DNA from: Lachnospiraceae bacterium
Lineage (GTDB): Bacteria; Bacillota; Clostridia; Lachnospirales; Lachnospiraceae
DNA: 64,000 nt
NCBI GenBank assembly: GCA_051879895.1
Contig: JBJEMX010000006.1
Location: forward strand, 5,465 to 69,464
Reading direction: 5' to 3'
This document shows positions 18,239-28,062 of this stretch, piece by piece. The notes beneath the pieces were generated by a model. The model was given only the letters and a program-made list of their open reading frames with translations. It had not been told where the DNA came from and ran no database searches. Every line of letters starts with the position of its first letter. The stretch's first letter is position 1. The position numbers were made by a program, and so were the translations under genes.

Positions 18239-19015
18239 CTATAATTTTACAAAATTTCCAATAAAGCTTCTGCGGTGAATGGGAGTAGGACCATATTTTT
18301 TCAATGCCTCGATATGTACGGACGCACCATATCCCTTATTGGACATAAAACCATATTCAGGGAAAATGCTGTCATACTCTACCATCAGCCTGTCCCTGGT
18401 TACTTTTGCAATAATACTTGCAGCCGCGATAGAGATGCTTTTGGCATCTCCCTTGATAATGGGCACCTGTCTGATATCTACACCCGGAATCGTCACTGCA
18501 TCATTTAACAGTATATCCGGCTTCACTGCCAGATTGCTTATTGCCTCCCGCATTGCCTCATAGGTCGCCTGTAGAATATTGATTTCATCAATTCTCTCCG
18601 GAGAAGCATAACCGATACCGGTTGCAACTGCTTTCTCCATGATAACATCATATAACTCTTCTCTCTTTTTTTCGGATAATTGTTTGGAATCATTTAGATA
18701 TAATATATCACAATCTTGGGGCAGTATAACGGCCCCCGCCACTACAGGACCTGCCAGAGGGCCACGTCCTACTTCATCAATCCCGCAGATAAATCCGGAC
18801 TGTGCATACCGGTATTCATACTCTTTCATGACTTCAATTCTGGCTTTTTCTCTTTCCAGTGCTTTCAGTTTCTTTTCGGCAGAGGTAATTATTGCCTGTA
18901 CACCGCCTCTTTCATCCTTTTCATACATGGATATAAGTTCAGGCAGCTTATTTATCTCCGCTGCCTGAAAAAGTGCTCTGATTTCTGAAATCTTCTGTTC
19001 CATAGTTCCTCTCAT
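18239..19015 (-). CDS. rnhB: ribonuclease HII
   Basis: GIDEVGRGPLAGPV, LNDSKQLS, KGDAKS, AAASIIAKVTRD, HRRSF. Confidence 0.96.
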   Translation of the reverse strand: MRGTMEQKISEIRALFQAAEINKLPELISMYEKDERGGVQAIITSAEKKLKALEREKARIEVMKEYEYRYAQSGFICGIDEVGRGPLAGPVVAGAVILPQDCDILYLNDSKQLSEKKREELYDVIMEKAVATGIGYASPERIDEINILQATYEAMREAISNLAVKPDILLNDAVTIPGVDIRQVPIIKGDAKSISIAAASIIAKVTRDRLMVEYDSIFPEYGFMSNKGYGASVHIEALKKYGPTPIHRRSFIGNFVKL

Positions 19016-19087
19016 CCTGCCACTTGACCATAAATTTTTTCAGTACAAAATCATTTACCGTGTACTGACCTGCCGGTGTGCTGATTC

Positions 19088-19657
19088 CTACTGATGCTTT
19101 AATAAACCAAACCGGCTAAAGGGCCAGATTCTGAGCCATGCCCTGCCTATAATATCATCCCTGCGTACATTTCCGACGCTGGGGTCTCTGCTGTCCTTAC
19201 TGTTGTTACGGTTGTCGCCCAAAACAAAATACTCATCCTCTCCAAGAACAATAAGCTGCTCTGCACGCCCCGGATTCACTATTATTTCTTTGCCATAGCT
19301 CTCCTTAAGAATTTCCCCGTTAATAAAAATATTGCCGTCACCGTCAATCTGCACGGTTTCTCCCGGTAATCCGATAATTCTCTTGATAAAATACTCTCCG
19401 GTGTACCGGTATGGGAATACAATGATATCAAAGCGTTTGGGGTCACTGAAGCGATAGGTAATCTTATCTACCAGCAGATTATCACCTACTTTATCCGGGT
19501 TACCCGGATCCGTTCCGTAAAGAGTAGGTTCCATGGAAGAACCGTTTACAACGGTACGCTGCACCACAAAAGCAATCAATAAATATGTGATTACCAGTAC
19601 AATCAATAAATAAAGACTCGTACTCAGAATCTCTTTTAATAACTTTTTATTCTTCAT
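19088..19657 (-). CDS. lepB: signal peptidase I
   Basis: GSSMEPTL (Ser), IKRIIGLPG (Lys), GDNRNNSKDSR. Confidence 0.94.
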   Translation of the reverse strand: MKNKKLLKEILSTSLYLLIVLVITYLLIAFVVQRTVVNGSSMEPTLYGTDPGNPDKVGDNLLVDKITYRFSDPKRFDIIVFPYRYTGEYFIKRIIGLPGETVQIDGDGNIFINGEILKESYGKEIIVNPGRAEQLIVLGEDEYFVLGDNRNNSKDSRDPSVGNVRRDDIIGRAWLRIWPFSRFGLLKHQ

Positions 19658-19658
19658 C

Positions 19659-20525
19659 TTACATTCCTTCCGGTGTTTCTAATGTAATTCTCCCCAGTCT
19701 GCCGCTTCTGAAATCATCTACAAATAGAGAAGCTGCCCTGTCATAATCCGGTTCTTTCCCTTTCAGATAGCATTTTCTGACTTCCGCAATCTGCTCCAGG
19801 ACTTCTACTGCTGCTTTTTCTTCCGGCAAATCTGCCGGATATGTGATTCCGTATCTTTCTTCAAAAGCTTTCGGATAGCGTATGGCAATATACTGTATCA
19901 AATCCAGTGCCAGTTCCTGAATGATAACGATTTCATCATTCATGGAACCGATAAATGCCAGCTTCATACCTACTTCCTGATCCTCAAATTTAGGCCACAG
20001 GATACCCGGCGTATCCAGAAGCTCAAGGGAATTTTTCATCCGAATCCATTGTTTTCCTTTAGTAACGCCCGGTTTATTTCCGGTCTTGGTACATGCTTTG
20101 CCTGCAAAAGAGTTGATAAAGGTAGATTTTCCTACGTTAGGAATACCTACTACCATAGCCCTCACAGGACGGTTAATCAGACCTCTTCTTTTATCCCTCT
20201 CTATTTTTTCTTTACATGCCTGTTGTACCAGACCGTTTATTTCTTTTATTCCGGCTCCGCTTCTGGCATTGATTTCCAGCACATAAAAGCCCTTAGCTTT
20301 AAAATACTCCCGCCATAATGCGTTGCCTGCCGGGTCCGCCAAATCGGATTTGTTTAGTAAAATAATTCTGGACTTATTTTTTCCCAGCTCGTCAATATCC
20401 GGATTTTTACTGGATAAGGGAATTCTTGCATCCACAAGTTCTATCACCAGATCTATCAGCTTTATATCCTCCTGCATCATACGCTTTGCTTTTGTCATAT
20501 GACCGGGATACCATTGATAGTTCAT
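19659..20525 (-). CDS. ylqF: ribosome biogenesis GTPase YlqF/RbgA
   Basis: WYPGHM, NKSD, GIPNVGKS, DTPGILWP; start reassigned to MNYQW. Confidence 0.96.
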   Translation of the reverse strand: MNYQWYPGHMTKAKRMMQEDIKLIDLVIELVDARIPLSSKNPDIDELGKNKSRIILLNKSDLADPAGNALWREYFKAKGFYVLEINARSGAGIKEINGLVQQACKEKIERDKRRGLINRPVRAMVVGIPNVGKSTFINSFAGKACTKTGNKPGVTKGKQWIRMKNSLELLDTPGILWPKFEDQEVGMKLAFIGSMNDEIVIIQELALDLIQYIAIRYPKAFEERYGITYPADLPEEKAAVEVLEQIAEVRKCYLKGKEPDYDRAASLFVDDFRSGRLGRITLETPEGM

Positions 20526-20533
20526 ATTTCCTC

Positions 20534-21115
20534 TCATTTTACAAATCCAATCCCCTCTGTATCCGTTCCCATATGGAACCATACTTTTCCTATAATATCC
20601 ACACCCTTAACAGGTCCTATGTTAGCAGAACGGCTGTCCTCTGAATTGTTGCGGTTGTCGCCTAACACAAAATATTCATCCGTTCCCAATGTAAGCGGAT
20701 TTTCTGCAATGCCTGCGTCTGCCATTTTGTCAAATCCATCTTCGATGTACACGCTGTTCACGTACAACCTGCCCCCGATAATCTGTACCGTATCCCCGGG
20801 CAGTGCCACAATTCTTTTAATATAATAATGTGAGTTTTTATTACCGTTTGGCAGAAAAACCACTACATCATTCACTTTGGGAGAAGACAATAAATAGGCA
20901 TAGCGGTTAATCAGTACCTGTTGCCCGTTATACAGAGCCGGCTCCATGGAAACTCCCACTACACCGGTTGACATTCCTACTGCATATACTACCACAAAAG
21001 CTACAAATACAGAAGCAAAAATACCAAATATCCATGTTATGATTTCACGCACTATGGCTACACTTATCTTTTTCTTTTTCTTATAAAAGCTCAAGCCCTT
21101 ATGTCGTCTTCTCAT
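20534..21115 (-). CDS. lepB: signal peptidase I (second paralog)
   Basis: GVSMEPAL, IKRIVALPG, GDNRNNSEDSR. Confidence 0.92.
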   Translation of the reverse strand: MRRRHKGLSFYKKKKKISVAIVREIITWIFGIFASVFVAFVVVYAVGMSTGVVGVSMEPALYNGQQVLINRYAYLLSSPKVNDVVVFLPNGNKNSHYYIKRIVALPGDTVQIIGGRLYVNSVYIEDGFDKMADAGIAENPLTLGTDEYFVLGDNRNNSEDSRSANIGPVKGVDIIGKVWFHMGTDTEGIGFVK

Positions 21116-22778
21116 TCCTTTTTCCTTTTAATTCTTTTTTATTACTATACATGAGTCCGTCAGCTTCCACAAATGCCTTATCAATACCTTCTTCGCCTGT
21201 TCTGACGCAACCCGCTGCCGCCATAAGCTGATATTCCAGTTCCTTGCTCTGCTGCCTTAATGCTTCCGTTATCTGTGCAAAGATTGCTTGTGCTTCCTCT
21301 ACTTTCATATCAACAGACAAAATACAGAATTCATCGCCTCCTATCCTGTATACTTGTGCTTTATCTTTGAAAAAGCTGCTTAAAAGCTGCCCTACACGAC
21401 AAATTGCATCATCTCCGCATTTATGTCCGAAGGTATCATTGATAGATTTCAGATCATTCAAATCCACCAATGCAATCAATGGCTTTTCTTTGTTTTTTCT
21501 GAATACATCCATTTTTTCCTCAAAGGCGGTACGGTTGCCAAGTCCCGTCATCATATCCGTAAAAGCCAGCTTCTTGTAAGTTTCTTCTTCAATAACACCG
21601 GCATGCTCTTTTGATATCTGTCTGATACCTGCTATTCCAATGATAAAAATGAACCCTGCAATACCTATTTTTGTACATAACAGTGGATCTATGGTATTGT
21701 CTGACGAAAGATAAAAACGTACAAGATCGATTATGCCAAAGGCCGCAAATGTAAAGGAGGATGTAAAAATCCACCGGTCTTTTAAGTTTCCTTCTATTTT
21801 ACCACGAACAAAGGCTATCAACACACCTATTGTTATGAGTACAAATACTATGTGCACAAAAATAACACTTTCCAGATAATCCATTATTTCCGTAATCTGC
21901 AACACCTGAATCATAAAAAAATTGATAACGGAAATCCAGAATATGGTTTTCATGTATTTGCTTTTCTTCATAGCCGGACTTGTCATAAGAAAACGTATTA
22001 ACGGAACCGGCATTAAGCTGAAAATAATAAATACCAATTGAACATACAACAACGGTGTCTGACTGAAAAACTGAACCATTCTGGATTCCAAAACAATCCA
22101 CATACCGGCAAGAATAGAAAACAGACCCAAATAGTACAATCTCCTGCTGGTATTACGGCTTTCAAAGACAAGTCCGATTGCCAAAAGAGCCAGGCTGACG
22201 ATAAGCACAGGAATACCTATCATCAAACCGCCGCCATTCTGTCTCAATATCATAAACAGCAGGGAACATTTGGAGCCCAGATATATTTTCTGCAATGCCG
22301 CACCGTAATGATCATATACCGTTTCCACTTCAATAGTCAGCTTCATCCCGTCATAATTTACCGGAAGATAAATCATCTGCCACTGGCTGCCCGGAGTCCT
22401 GCCAAAAAGCAGTCCGTTTTCATTACCGTAATCCAGTACCAGTTCTTCGTCCAGATATACCTTTACCTTCTGATGCAGGCTTCTAAACATCAAGGTATTA
22501 CTTCTATCATTCGGCTGCTCCAAAATGGTAGAAAAAACCAACACATCTCCGTTCTTTCCATCAGTACTATATGGTAAAGAAACAATCTGCTGACTCTCAC
22601 CATGAACCAATATTGTACCTGTTCCCTTCCATTCATACACAGCTTCATTATCAAAGCCGTATTCCGGCATTGTTATTGTCAATGCTATTGCCAGAAATAT
22701 AATAACCGCCACCATCAGTAAACAATTTATTATCGTAGTATAGATGGCGTCCCTACTAACCTGCTTTAAACGTTGCAC
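21099..22778 (-). CDS. membrane-bound diguanylate cyclase (extracellular domain, multi-TM block, GGDEF)
   Basis: DMMTGLGNR, DLNDLKSINDTFGHKCGD, RIGGDEF. Confidence 0.9.
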   Translation of the reverse strand: MQRLKQVSRDAIYTTIINCLLMVAVIIFLAIALTITMPEYGFDNEAVYEWKGTGTILVHGESQQIVSLPYSTDGKNGDVLVFSTILEQPNDRSNTLMFRSLHQKVKVYLDEELVLDYGNENGLLFGRTPGSQWQMIYLPVNYDGMKLTIEVETVYDHYGAALQKIYLGSKCSLLFMILRQNGGGLMIGIPVLIVSLALLAIGLVFESRNTSRRLYYLGLFSILAGMWIVLESRMVQFFSQTPLLYVQLVFIIFSLMPVPLIRFLMTSPAMKKSKYMKTIFWISVINFFMIQVLQITEIMDYLESVIFVHIVFVLITIGVLIAFVRGKIEGNLKDRWIFTSSFTFAAFGIIDLVRFYLSSDNTIDPLLCTKIGIAGFIFIIGIAGIRQISKEHAGVIEEETYKKLAFTDMMTGLGNRTAFEEKMDVFRKNKEKPLIALVDLNDLKSINDTFGHKCGDDAICRVGQLLSSFFKDKAQVYRIGGDEFCILSVDMKVEEAQAIFAQITEALRQQSKELEYQLMAAAGCVRTGEEGIDKAFVEADGLMYSNKKELKGKRNEKTT

Positions 22779-22907
22779 AAGTTTCTCCTCTTAAGCATAT
22801 TTTATATTATTATACTACTATACTGCATAGTACGCCAATATTTTTTGCAAAAATATTGCTGTACGATAATCTCTATAAAACAGAATATTGCTGTGCCATA
22901 ATTGTCA

Positions 22908-22948
22908 AAAAATAAAAACACCCTTCCCATTTTTGGGGGAAAGGTGTT
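22908..22948 (-). terminator. intrinsic terminator after rplS
   Basis: Minus strand AACACCTTTCCC..GGGAAGGGTGTT followed by a T-rich tail. Confidence 0.75.
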
Positions 22949-22974
22949 CTTCTGCCTATTTTTGACAAGACAAA

Positions 22975-23322
22975 TTATCTTACGATTTCCTTTACTTTTG
23001 CCTTCTTACCTACGCGGCCCTTTAAGTAGTTCAGTTTTGCACGTCTTACTTTACCTCTTCTTACTACTTCAATCTTCTCTACGTTAGGAGAATGCAGAGG
23101 CCATGTTTTTTCTACGCCGATACCGTTGGAAGACTTTCTTACAGTGAAGGTTTCTCTGTTGCTTCCCCCCTGTCTCTTAACAACAACACCTTCAAAGACC
23201 TGAATTCTTTCTCTGTTACCTTCTTTGATTTTACCGTAAACCTTAACAGTATCACCAACGTTAAACTGGTCTACGCTTTCTTTTAACTGTTCTGCTTCGA
23301 TGCTCTTAATAATTTCGTTCAT
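22975..23322 (-). CDS. rplS: 50S ribosomal protein L19
   Basis: [40 protein letters not shown]. Confidence 0.98.
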   Translation of the reverse strand: MNEIIKSIEAEQLKESVDQFNVGDTVKVYGKIKEGNRERIQVFEGVVVKRQGGSNRETFTVRKSSNGIGVEKTWPLHSPNVEKIEVVRRGKVRRAKLNYLKGRVGKKAKVKEIVR

Positions 23323-23343
23323 TTCTTTACTCCTTTTCTAATG

Positions 23344-23378
23344 GATGTTCTTAATACATTTCGTAACAGAGGACCATC
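23344..23378 (-). ncRNA. L19 leader (ribosomal protein autoregulatory RNA)
   Basis: Minus strand GATGGTCCTCTG...GAACATC hairpin just upstream of the rplS RBS, resembling the Firmicutes L19 leader. Confidence 0.65.
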
Positions 23379-23501
23379 TCGTTATCACAACATTCATACT
23401 TTACCATACTATGCTTTAAAATGCAACTGTTATTTTTCCAAATCAGGACAAATCAGGACACTTTTTTGCACCTTTTTCTCCCGGCTGTTTTTCTATACGC
23501 T

Positions 23502-24941
23502 CTATTTTGTCAGACGCCAGATTTTTTTCTTTGCAGGGTACAAACCCAGCTTTTCCTGCAATTTTAAAGCTGCTTCATTGTCCGCTGCCACCATCCCAAA
23601 GGGTGTATATCCCTTCTTTAGGGTACGGTTTATCAGAAAAGCCTCCAGTGCCGCTGCCAACCCTTTATTCCGGTATCCGGGAAGGATTTCCAATAAGCCT
23701 AAATCCCCTTCCTGACATTCTCCCATCAATCCGACAAGCTTATCTTCTTCAAAAATGCCAAATACAGCACCTTTTCTGATCAATCCCCTGATATATGCCT
23801 CATCCGTCAATGTATGCCATGTACTGATATTTTGCAGATGCACTTCCTCTAACTGCCGGATATCTTTCCACTTAACAGGCAGAGATTCTTTTCTGGTAAA
23901 AACTACCGGTATCTGCTCCCCGGAAATTTTTAAGCCGAAACGCTCTGCCAGCAAATCATTCATAAACTCCTGATGGGAAACAAAGGAAACCGACATCTGC
24001 CGATGGGTAAGTCCTTCTCTGACAGCCATCTCTGTACTGCATATATCGTTACCAAAGACGCAGTCCAGAATTTTTTTCCCGGCTTCCCTGTCTTTTACGG
24101 AAATCATATACAGACCGCTCTTTTTGTCCTGCAGGAGCGTACCTTCTTCTCCATGAAACAAAAGCTTTGCATTGCCTCTTAAAATCGATTCCGTCATCAT
24201 AATATGGTGTAGCTTGCCCCTTTTTATAAGTATGCTGCGGCAATCCATAAGCCGCTCATATTCCGCATACATATCCGGTCTTCGGATGCGGGTACGCTCT
24301 TTAGCTGCTTCCTCTCTCCATATCCTGATTTTTTTATGGTCACCGGACAAAAGTACTTCCGGTACCTTTTTCCCTTGAAACACTTCCGGTCTGGAATACT
24401 GGGGATACTCAAGCAGATATCCCGAAAAAGATTCGTCCGACGCAGAATCATCATTATGCAGTACACCGGGCACCAGTCTGGCGATGGAATCAATCATTAC
24501 CATGGCCGGCAGTTCACCGCCGGTCAGTACAAAATCACCTAAAGAAACATAGTCCGTCACTACTTCTTCCAGTGCTCTCTCATCAATTCCCTCATAATGT
24601 CCGCACAAAAAAATCAAATCTTCTTCTCTTGCCAGCTCCTCTGCCATACGCTGGTTAAATGTTTCTCCCTGCGGTGTCAGATAAATGGTTCTTACACCTG
24701 TTTTGCCGATTCTCCTCAACACTTCTGCATGAGCATCACAAACAGGCTGTGCCTGCATCAAAAGTCCCGCACCGCCTCCATATGGATAATCATCTACTTT
24801 TTTGTGCTTGTCCTCCGTATAATCACGGATATTGACTGCTTCCACCATGATACTGCCTTTTTCCCGGGCCTTTCCTATAATGCTTTCAGAAAGTCCCTGC
24901 ATAATCATATCCGGAAACAGTGTCAATACATGGAAATTCAT
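23502..24941 (-). CDS. trmD: tRNA (guanine37-N1)-methyltransferase TrmD fused to a C-terminal GNAT acetyltransferase
   Basis: VDDYPYGGG, LTPQG, CGHYEGIDER, LTGGELPA, LLEYPQY; extra ~245 aa containing EILPGYRNKGLAAAL (GNAT motif A). Confidence 0.9.
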   Translation of the reverse strand: MNFHVLTLFPDMIMQGLSESIIGKAREKGSIMVEAVNIRDYTEDKHKKVDDYPYGGGAGLLMQAQPVCDAHAEVLRRIGKTGVRTIYLTPQGETFNQRMAEELAREEDLIFLCGHYEGIDERALEEVVTDYVSLGDFVLTGGELPAMVMIDSIARLVPGVLHNDDSASDESFSGYLLEYPQYSRPEVFQGKKVPEVLLSGDHKKIRIWREEAAKERTRIRRPDMYAEYERLMDCRSILIKRGKLHHIMMTESILRGNAKLLFHGEEGTLLQDKKSGLYMISVKDREAGKKILDCVFGNDICSTEMAVREGLTHRQMSVSFVSHQEFMNDLLAERFGLKISGEQIPVVFTRKESLPVKWKDIRQLEEVHLQNISTWHTLTDEAYIRGLIRKGAVFGIFEEDKLVGLMGECQEGDLGLLEILPGYRNKGLAAALEAFLINRTLKKGYTPFGMVAADNEAALKLQEKLGLYPAKKKIWRLTK

Positions 24942-25474
24942 CAGTCTAACAATCCTTCCATTATGTGAGCTACCATTTTACCGGCTTCTACATCTACTTC
25001 CAAAACACATTGCTTTATGGCAGGAAGTAATACTTCCGTCCCTGCTTCTGCACCAAGGCTGTTACCTTCTGCGATTTCTACTGCATACACATCATTGGCA
25101 CCGGTAGTAATTACATCCTTCAAGGTCCCTATCCTGACACCATCCTCACCGAATACCTGCAAACCGATTAAGTCTGCAATAAAGTATTCGTCCTTTTTAA
25201 GTTTCACGGCATCCTTACGCTCTACAAAGAGCTCCTTCTGCCTGTATTTTTCAACATCTTCAATCAGATTCAATCCCTTAAATTTAAGAATAACCATATT
25301 TTTAAAGAATTTTACTCCTTCAATCTCTAAAGTCCTATATTCCTTGCCGGTATAGAGCAGAACCTGTTTTAACTTCTTAAATCTGTTTACATCGTCAGTT
25401 GTAGGAAATACTTTTACTTCTCCCCTGACACCATGTGTCGAAGTGATGACACCCACCTTTAATAAGTCTTCCAT
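24941..25474 (-). CDS. rimM: 16S rRNA processing protein RimM
   Basis: VGVITSTHGVRGEVKV, YFIADLIGL, TGANDV. Confidence 0.95.
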   Translation of the reverse strand: MEDLLKVGVITSTHGVRGEVKVFPTTDDVNRFKKLKQVLLYTGKEYRTLEIEGVKFFKNMVILKFKGLNLIEDVEKYRQKELFVERKDAVKLKKDEYFIADLIGLQVFGEDGVRIGTLKDVITTGANDVYAVEIAEGNSLGAEAGTEVLLPAIKQCVLEVDVEAGKMVAHIMEGLLD

Positions 25475-25558
25475 ATATCTTCCTTTACAATTTATGCCTT
25501 AACAGCCTGAGTGACTTTTAATCATTTTGACCGTATTTTCCGTTTTGCTTAAGTTTGC

Positions 25559-25589
25559 AAAACAGGAGCGCTCACCGGAACGCTCCTGT
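25559..25589 (-). terminator. terminator-like hairpin after khpA
   Basis: Minus strand ACAGGAGCGTTC-CGGT-GAGCGCTCCTGT-TTT. Confidence 0.65.
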
Positions 25590-25593
25590 CATT

Positions 25594-25821
25594 TTAGATG
25601 ATTTCTACATCCACTCTCTTATTGTCTTTGGATGATGCCGCCTTCACAACAGAACGGATTGCTTTTGCAATTCTTCCCTGCTTACCGATTACTTTGCCCA
25701 TATCGGATGCAGCAACATGAAGTTCAACAGTGACATTTTTACCTTCTGTCTTTTCTGTTACAACAACTTCCTCCGGATTATCAACAAGTGCTTTTGCAAT
25801 TACTTCTACTAATTCTTTCAT
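25594..25821 (-). CDS. khpA: KH-domain RNA-binding protein KhpA
   Basis: DMGKVIGKQGRIAKAIR; located between rpsP and rimM. Confidence 0.93.
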   Translation of the reverse strand: MKELVEVIAKALVDNPEEVVVTEKTEGKNVTVELHVAASDMGKVIGKQGRIAKAIRSVVKAASSKDNKRVDVEII

Positions 25822-25869
25822 AATCCACCTCCAGACATACCGTTTTCAGAAACTATCCCTACGTCCGGA

Positions 25870-26115
25870 TTATTTTTCAATACCAGCCGCCTTGAACAGT
25901 TTACCAACAACTTCTGTAGGCTGAGCACCGTTTGCTAACCATTTCTTTGCCAGTTCTTCGTTAATCTTGAAGGTGCTGGGATCTGTGCTGGGATCATAGG
26001 TACCGATTTCTTCGATACACTTACCATCTCTGGGAGAACGGGAATCTGCAACGATGATTCTATAAAAAGGAGCCTTCTTCTGTCCCATTCTTCTTAATCT
26101 GATTTTAACTGCCAT
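25870..26115 (-). CDS. rpsP: 30S ribosomal protein S16
   Basis: [31 protein letters not shown]. Confidence 0.98.
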   Translation of the reverse strand: MAVKIRLRRMGQKKAPFYRIIVADSRSPRDGKCIEEIGTYDPSTDPSTFKINEELAKKWLANGAQPTEVVGKLFKAAGIEK

Positions 26116-26169
26116 TTCTTTTTACCTCCGCATAATGTTTAAAATTTTAATTTATGATAACCTCTCGAT

Positions 26170-27534
26170 TTAGAAAGGAAATCTTCCTTTGCCACCCATT
26201 CCGGGGAATCCGCCAAAGCCTCGCTTTTTACCACCGCCGAACTGCTTCATCATCTTCTGGCTCTGCTCAAACTGCTTAATAAAACGGTTCACTACCGCTA
26301 TATCCACTCCGGCACCTCTTGCAATTCTGTGCTTTCTCTGAGGTGTCAGTATTTTGGGATTTTTTCTTTCCTGAGGCGTCATGGAAAGCACAATCGCTTC
26401 CATACGTGCCAGCTGTTTATCATCCACCATGGATTCTAAGTCACCGGCCTTCATTCCCATACCGGGCATCATGCCTAAGATAGCGGACAGCCCACCCAGC
26501 TTCTTCATCTGCTTCATGCTCTCCAGGTAATCTTCAAAATCGAATTTCCCTTTCTTCATGCGGTTTGCCATTTCTTTTTCTTTGTCCGCGTCAATATCGA
26601 TATTGGCCTGCACCTTATCTATCAGGGAGAGCACATCGCCCATGCCCAGAATACGGCTTGCCATTCTGTCGGGATAAAACTGCTCCAGGTCAGAAAGCTT
26701 TTCCCCCATACCCACATACAAAATGGGTTTGCCCGTCACTGCTTTTACGGACAGTGCCGCACCACCACGGGTATCGCCGTCCATCTTGGAAAGAACCACA
26801 CCGTCAATACCGACTTTTTCATCAAATTCCTTTGCCACATTGACCGCATCCTGACCGGTCATGGCATCTACAACCAGAAGTGTCTGATGTACCTCTGCCT
26901 TGGACTTGATTTCCTGTAATTCAGCCATCATGTCCTCGTCTATATGCAAACGGCCGGCAGTATCGATAATTACTACATTGTGACCGTTCTTTCTGGCATG
27001 CTCCAAAGCTGCAAGTGCAATATCCACCGGTTTGTGACCGGTTCCCATGGAAAACACCTCAACCTCCTGTTTTGCACCATTTACCTGCAGCTGTTCAATA
27101 GCTGCGGGACGATACACGTCACAGGCTACCAACAGAGATTTCTTACCCTTTAGCTTTAGCTTTCCTGCAATCTTTGCTGTAGTGGTTGTCTTACCAGCAC
27201 CCTGTAAGCCCGCCATCATAATTACGGTAATCGCTTTACCGGGCTGCATCTGTATCTCAGTAGTCTCGCTTCCCATCAGGGCAATCATTTCTTCGTTTAC
27301 AATTTTGATTACCATCTGACCGGGATTCAAGCCGTTTAATACATCTGTACCGATTGCTCTCTCTTCCACAGACTTTACAAACTGCTTTACCACACGGAAG
27401 TTTACATCGGCCTCTAAAAGAGCCATCTTTACTTCCTTTAATGCAGCCTTAACATCTTCCTGTGTCAAACGGCCCTTACTTCTTAAATTTTTAAATACAT
27501 TCTGTAGTTTGTCCGTTAAACTTTCAAATGCCAT
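26170..27534 (-). CDS. ffh: signal recognition particle protein Ffh
   Basis: GLQGAGKTT, DTAGR, DGDTRGG, Met-rich M domain. Confidence 0.98.
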   Translation of the reverse strand: MAFESLTDKLQNVFKNLRSKGRLTQEDVKAALKEVKMALLEADVNFRVVKQFVKSVEERAIGTDVLNGLNPGQMVIKIVNEEMIALMGSETTEIQMQPGKAITVIMMAGLQGAGKTTTTAKIAGKLKLKGKKSLLVACDVYRPAAIEQLQVNGAKQEVEVFSMGTGHKPVDIALAALEHARKNGHNVVIIDTAGRLHIDEDMMAELQEIKSKAEVHQTLLVVDAMTGQDAVNVAKEFDEKVGIDGVVLSKMDGDTRGGAALSVKAVTGKPILYVGMGEKLSDLEQFYPDRMASRILGMGDVLSLIDKVQANIDIDADKEKEMANRMKKGKFDFEDYLESMKQMKKLGGLSAILGMMPGMGMKAGDLESMVDDKQLARMEAIVLSMTPQERKNPKILTPQRKHRIARGAGVDIAVVNRFIKQFEQSQKMMKQFGGGKKRGFGGFPGMGGKGRFPF

Positions 27535-27597
27535 ATCTGCTCCTACTGTCTATATCAAAAACTGTCTAACACTCTGTCCTTACCTTTGTATATACCT

Positions 27598-27954
27598 TTA
27601 TAGTTGTTCCAACAGTTCTTTTCCCAATTCTTTGATTGTTTCGATGCCGGTCAAAACCTCCTTGGACGGGTTTCTGCCCTGTATCTCTTCTGCCTTTTGT
27701 ATCATATCGTTTACAGTCTTTCTGGCTTCGGAAAATCTCTCCACCAGATGTAATTTGGACTCATACTCGGCAAGTATTTTATCACATCGTTTAATCAGGT
27801 CGTGTACGCCCTGCCTGCTGATACCTGCTTCTGCGGCTATCTCGCCAAGTGATAAATCATTGTACACCGCATCCTCATAAATCCTGCGCTGATGCTCGGT
27901 AAGCAGTTCCCCATAAAAGTCATATAAAAGGCCCTGTTCAAATATCTTTTCCAT
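27598..27954 (-). CDS. ylxM: YlxM-family (UPF0122) HTH protein
   Basis: [26 protein letters not shown]; upstream of ffh. Confidence 0.93.
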   Translation of the reverse strand: MEKIFEQGLLYDFYGELLTEHQRRIYEDAVYNDLSLGEIAAEAGISRQGVHDLIKRCDKILAEYESKLHLVERFSEARKTVNDMIQKAEEIQGRNPSKEVLTGIETIKELGKELLEQL

Positions 27955-27998
27955 ATCTGTGCCGCCTTTCCGGATGTTTCCCTTATGACACCTTGGTT

Positions 27999-28049
27999 AT
28001 CATACTATACGCAGAACCGGGTGTCAAGTATTTTTTCTTGACACCCGGT
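27999..28049 (-). promoter_or_regulatory. ylxM-ffh promoter with a perfect 13-bp inverted repeat over the -35
   Basis: Minus strand TTGACA-17 bp-TATGAT; ACCGGGTGTCAAG-8 bp-CTTGACACCCGGT (28016-28049). Confidence 0.75.
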
Positions 28050-28062
28050 AAAATTCTTTTTA

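Noticed and set aside
19088-21115. Two lepB paralogs flanking ylqF as a novelty
   Set aside because: Multiple signal peptidases at this locus are common in Clostridia; both keep the Ser/Lys dyad.
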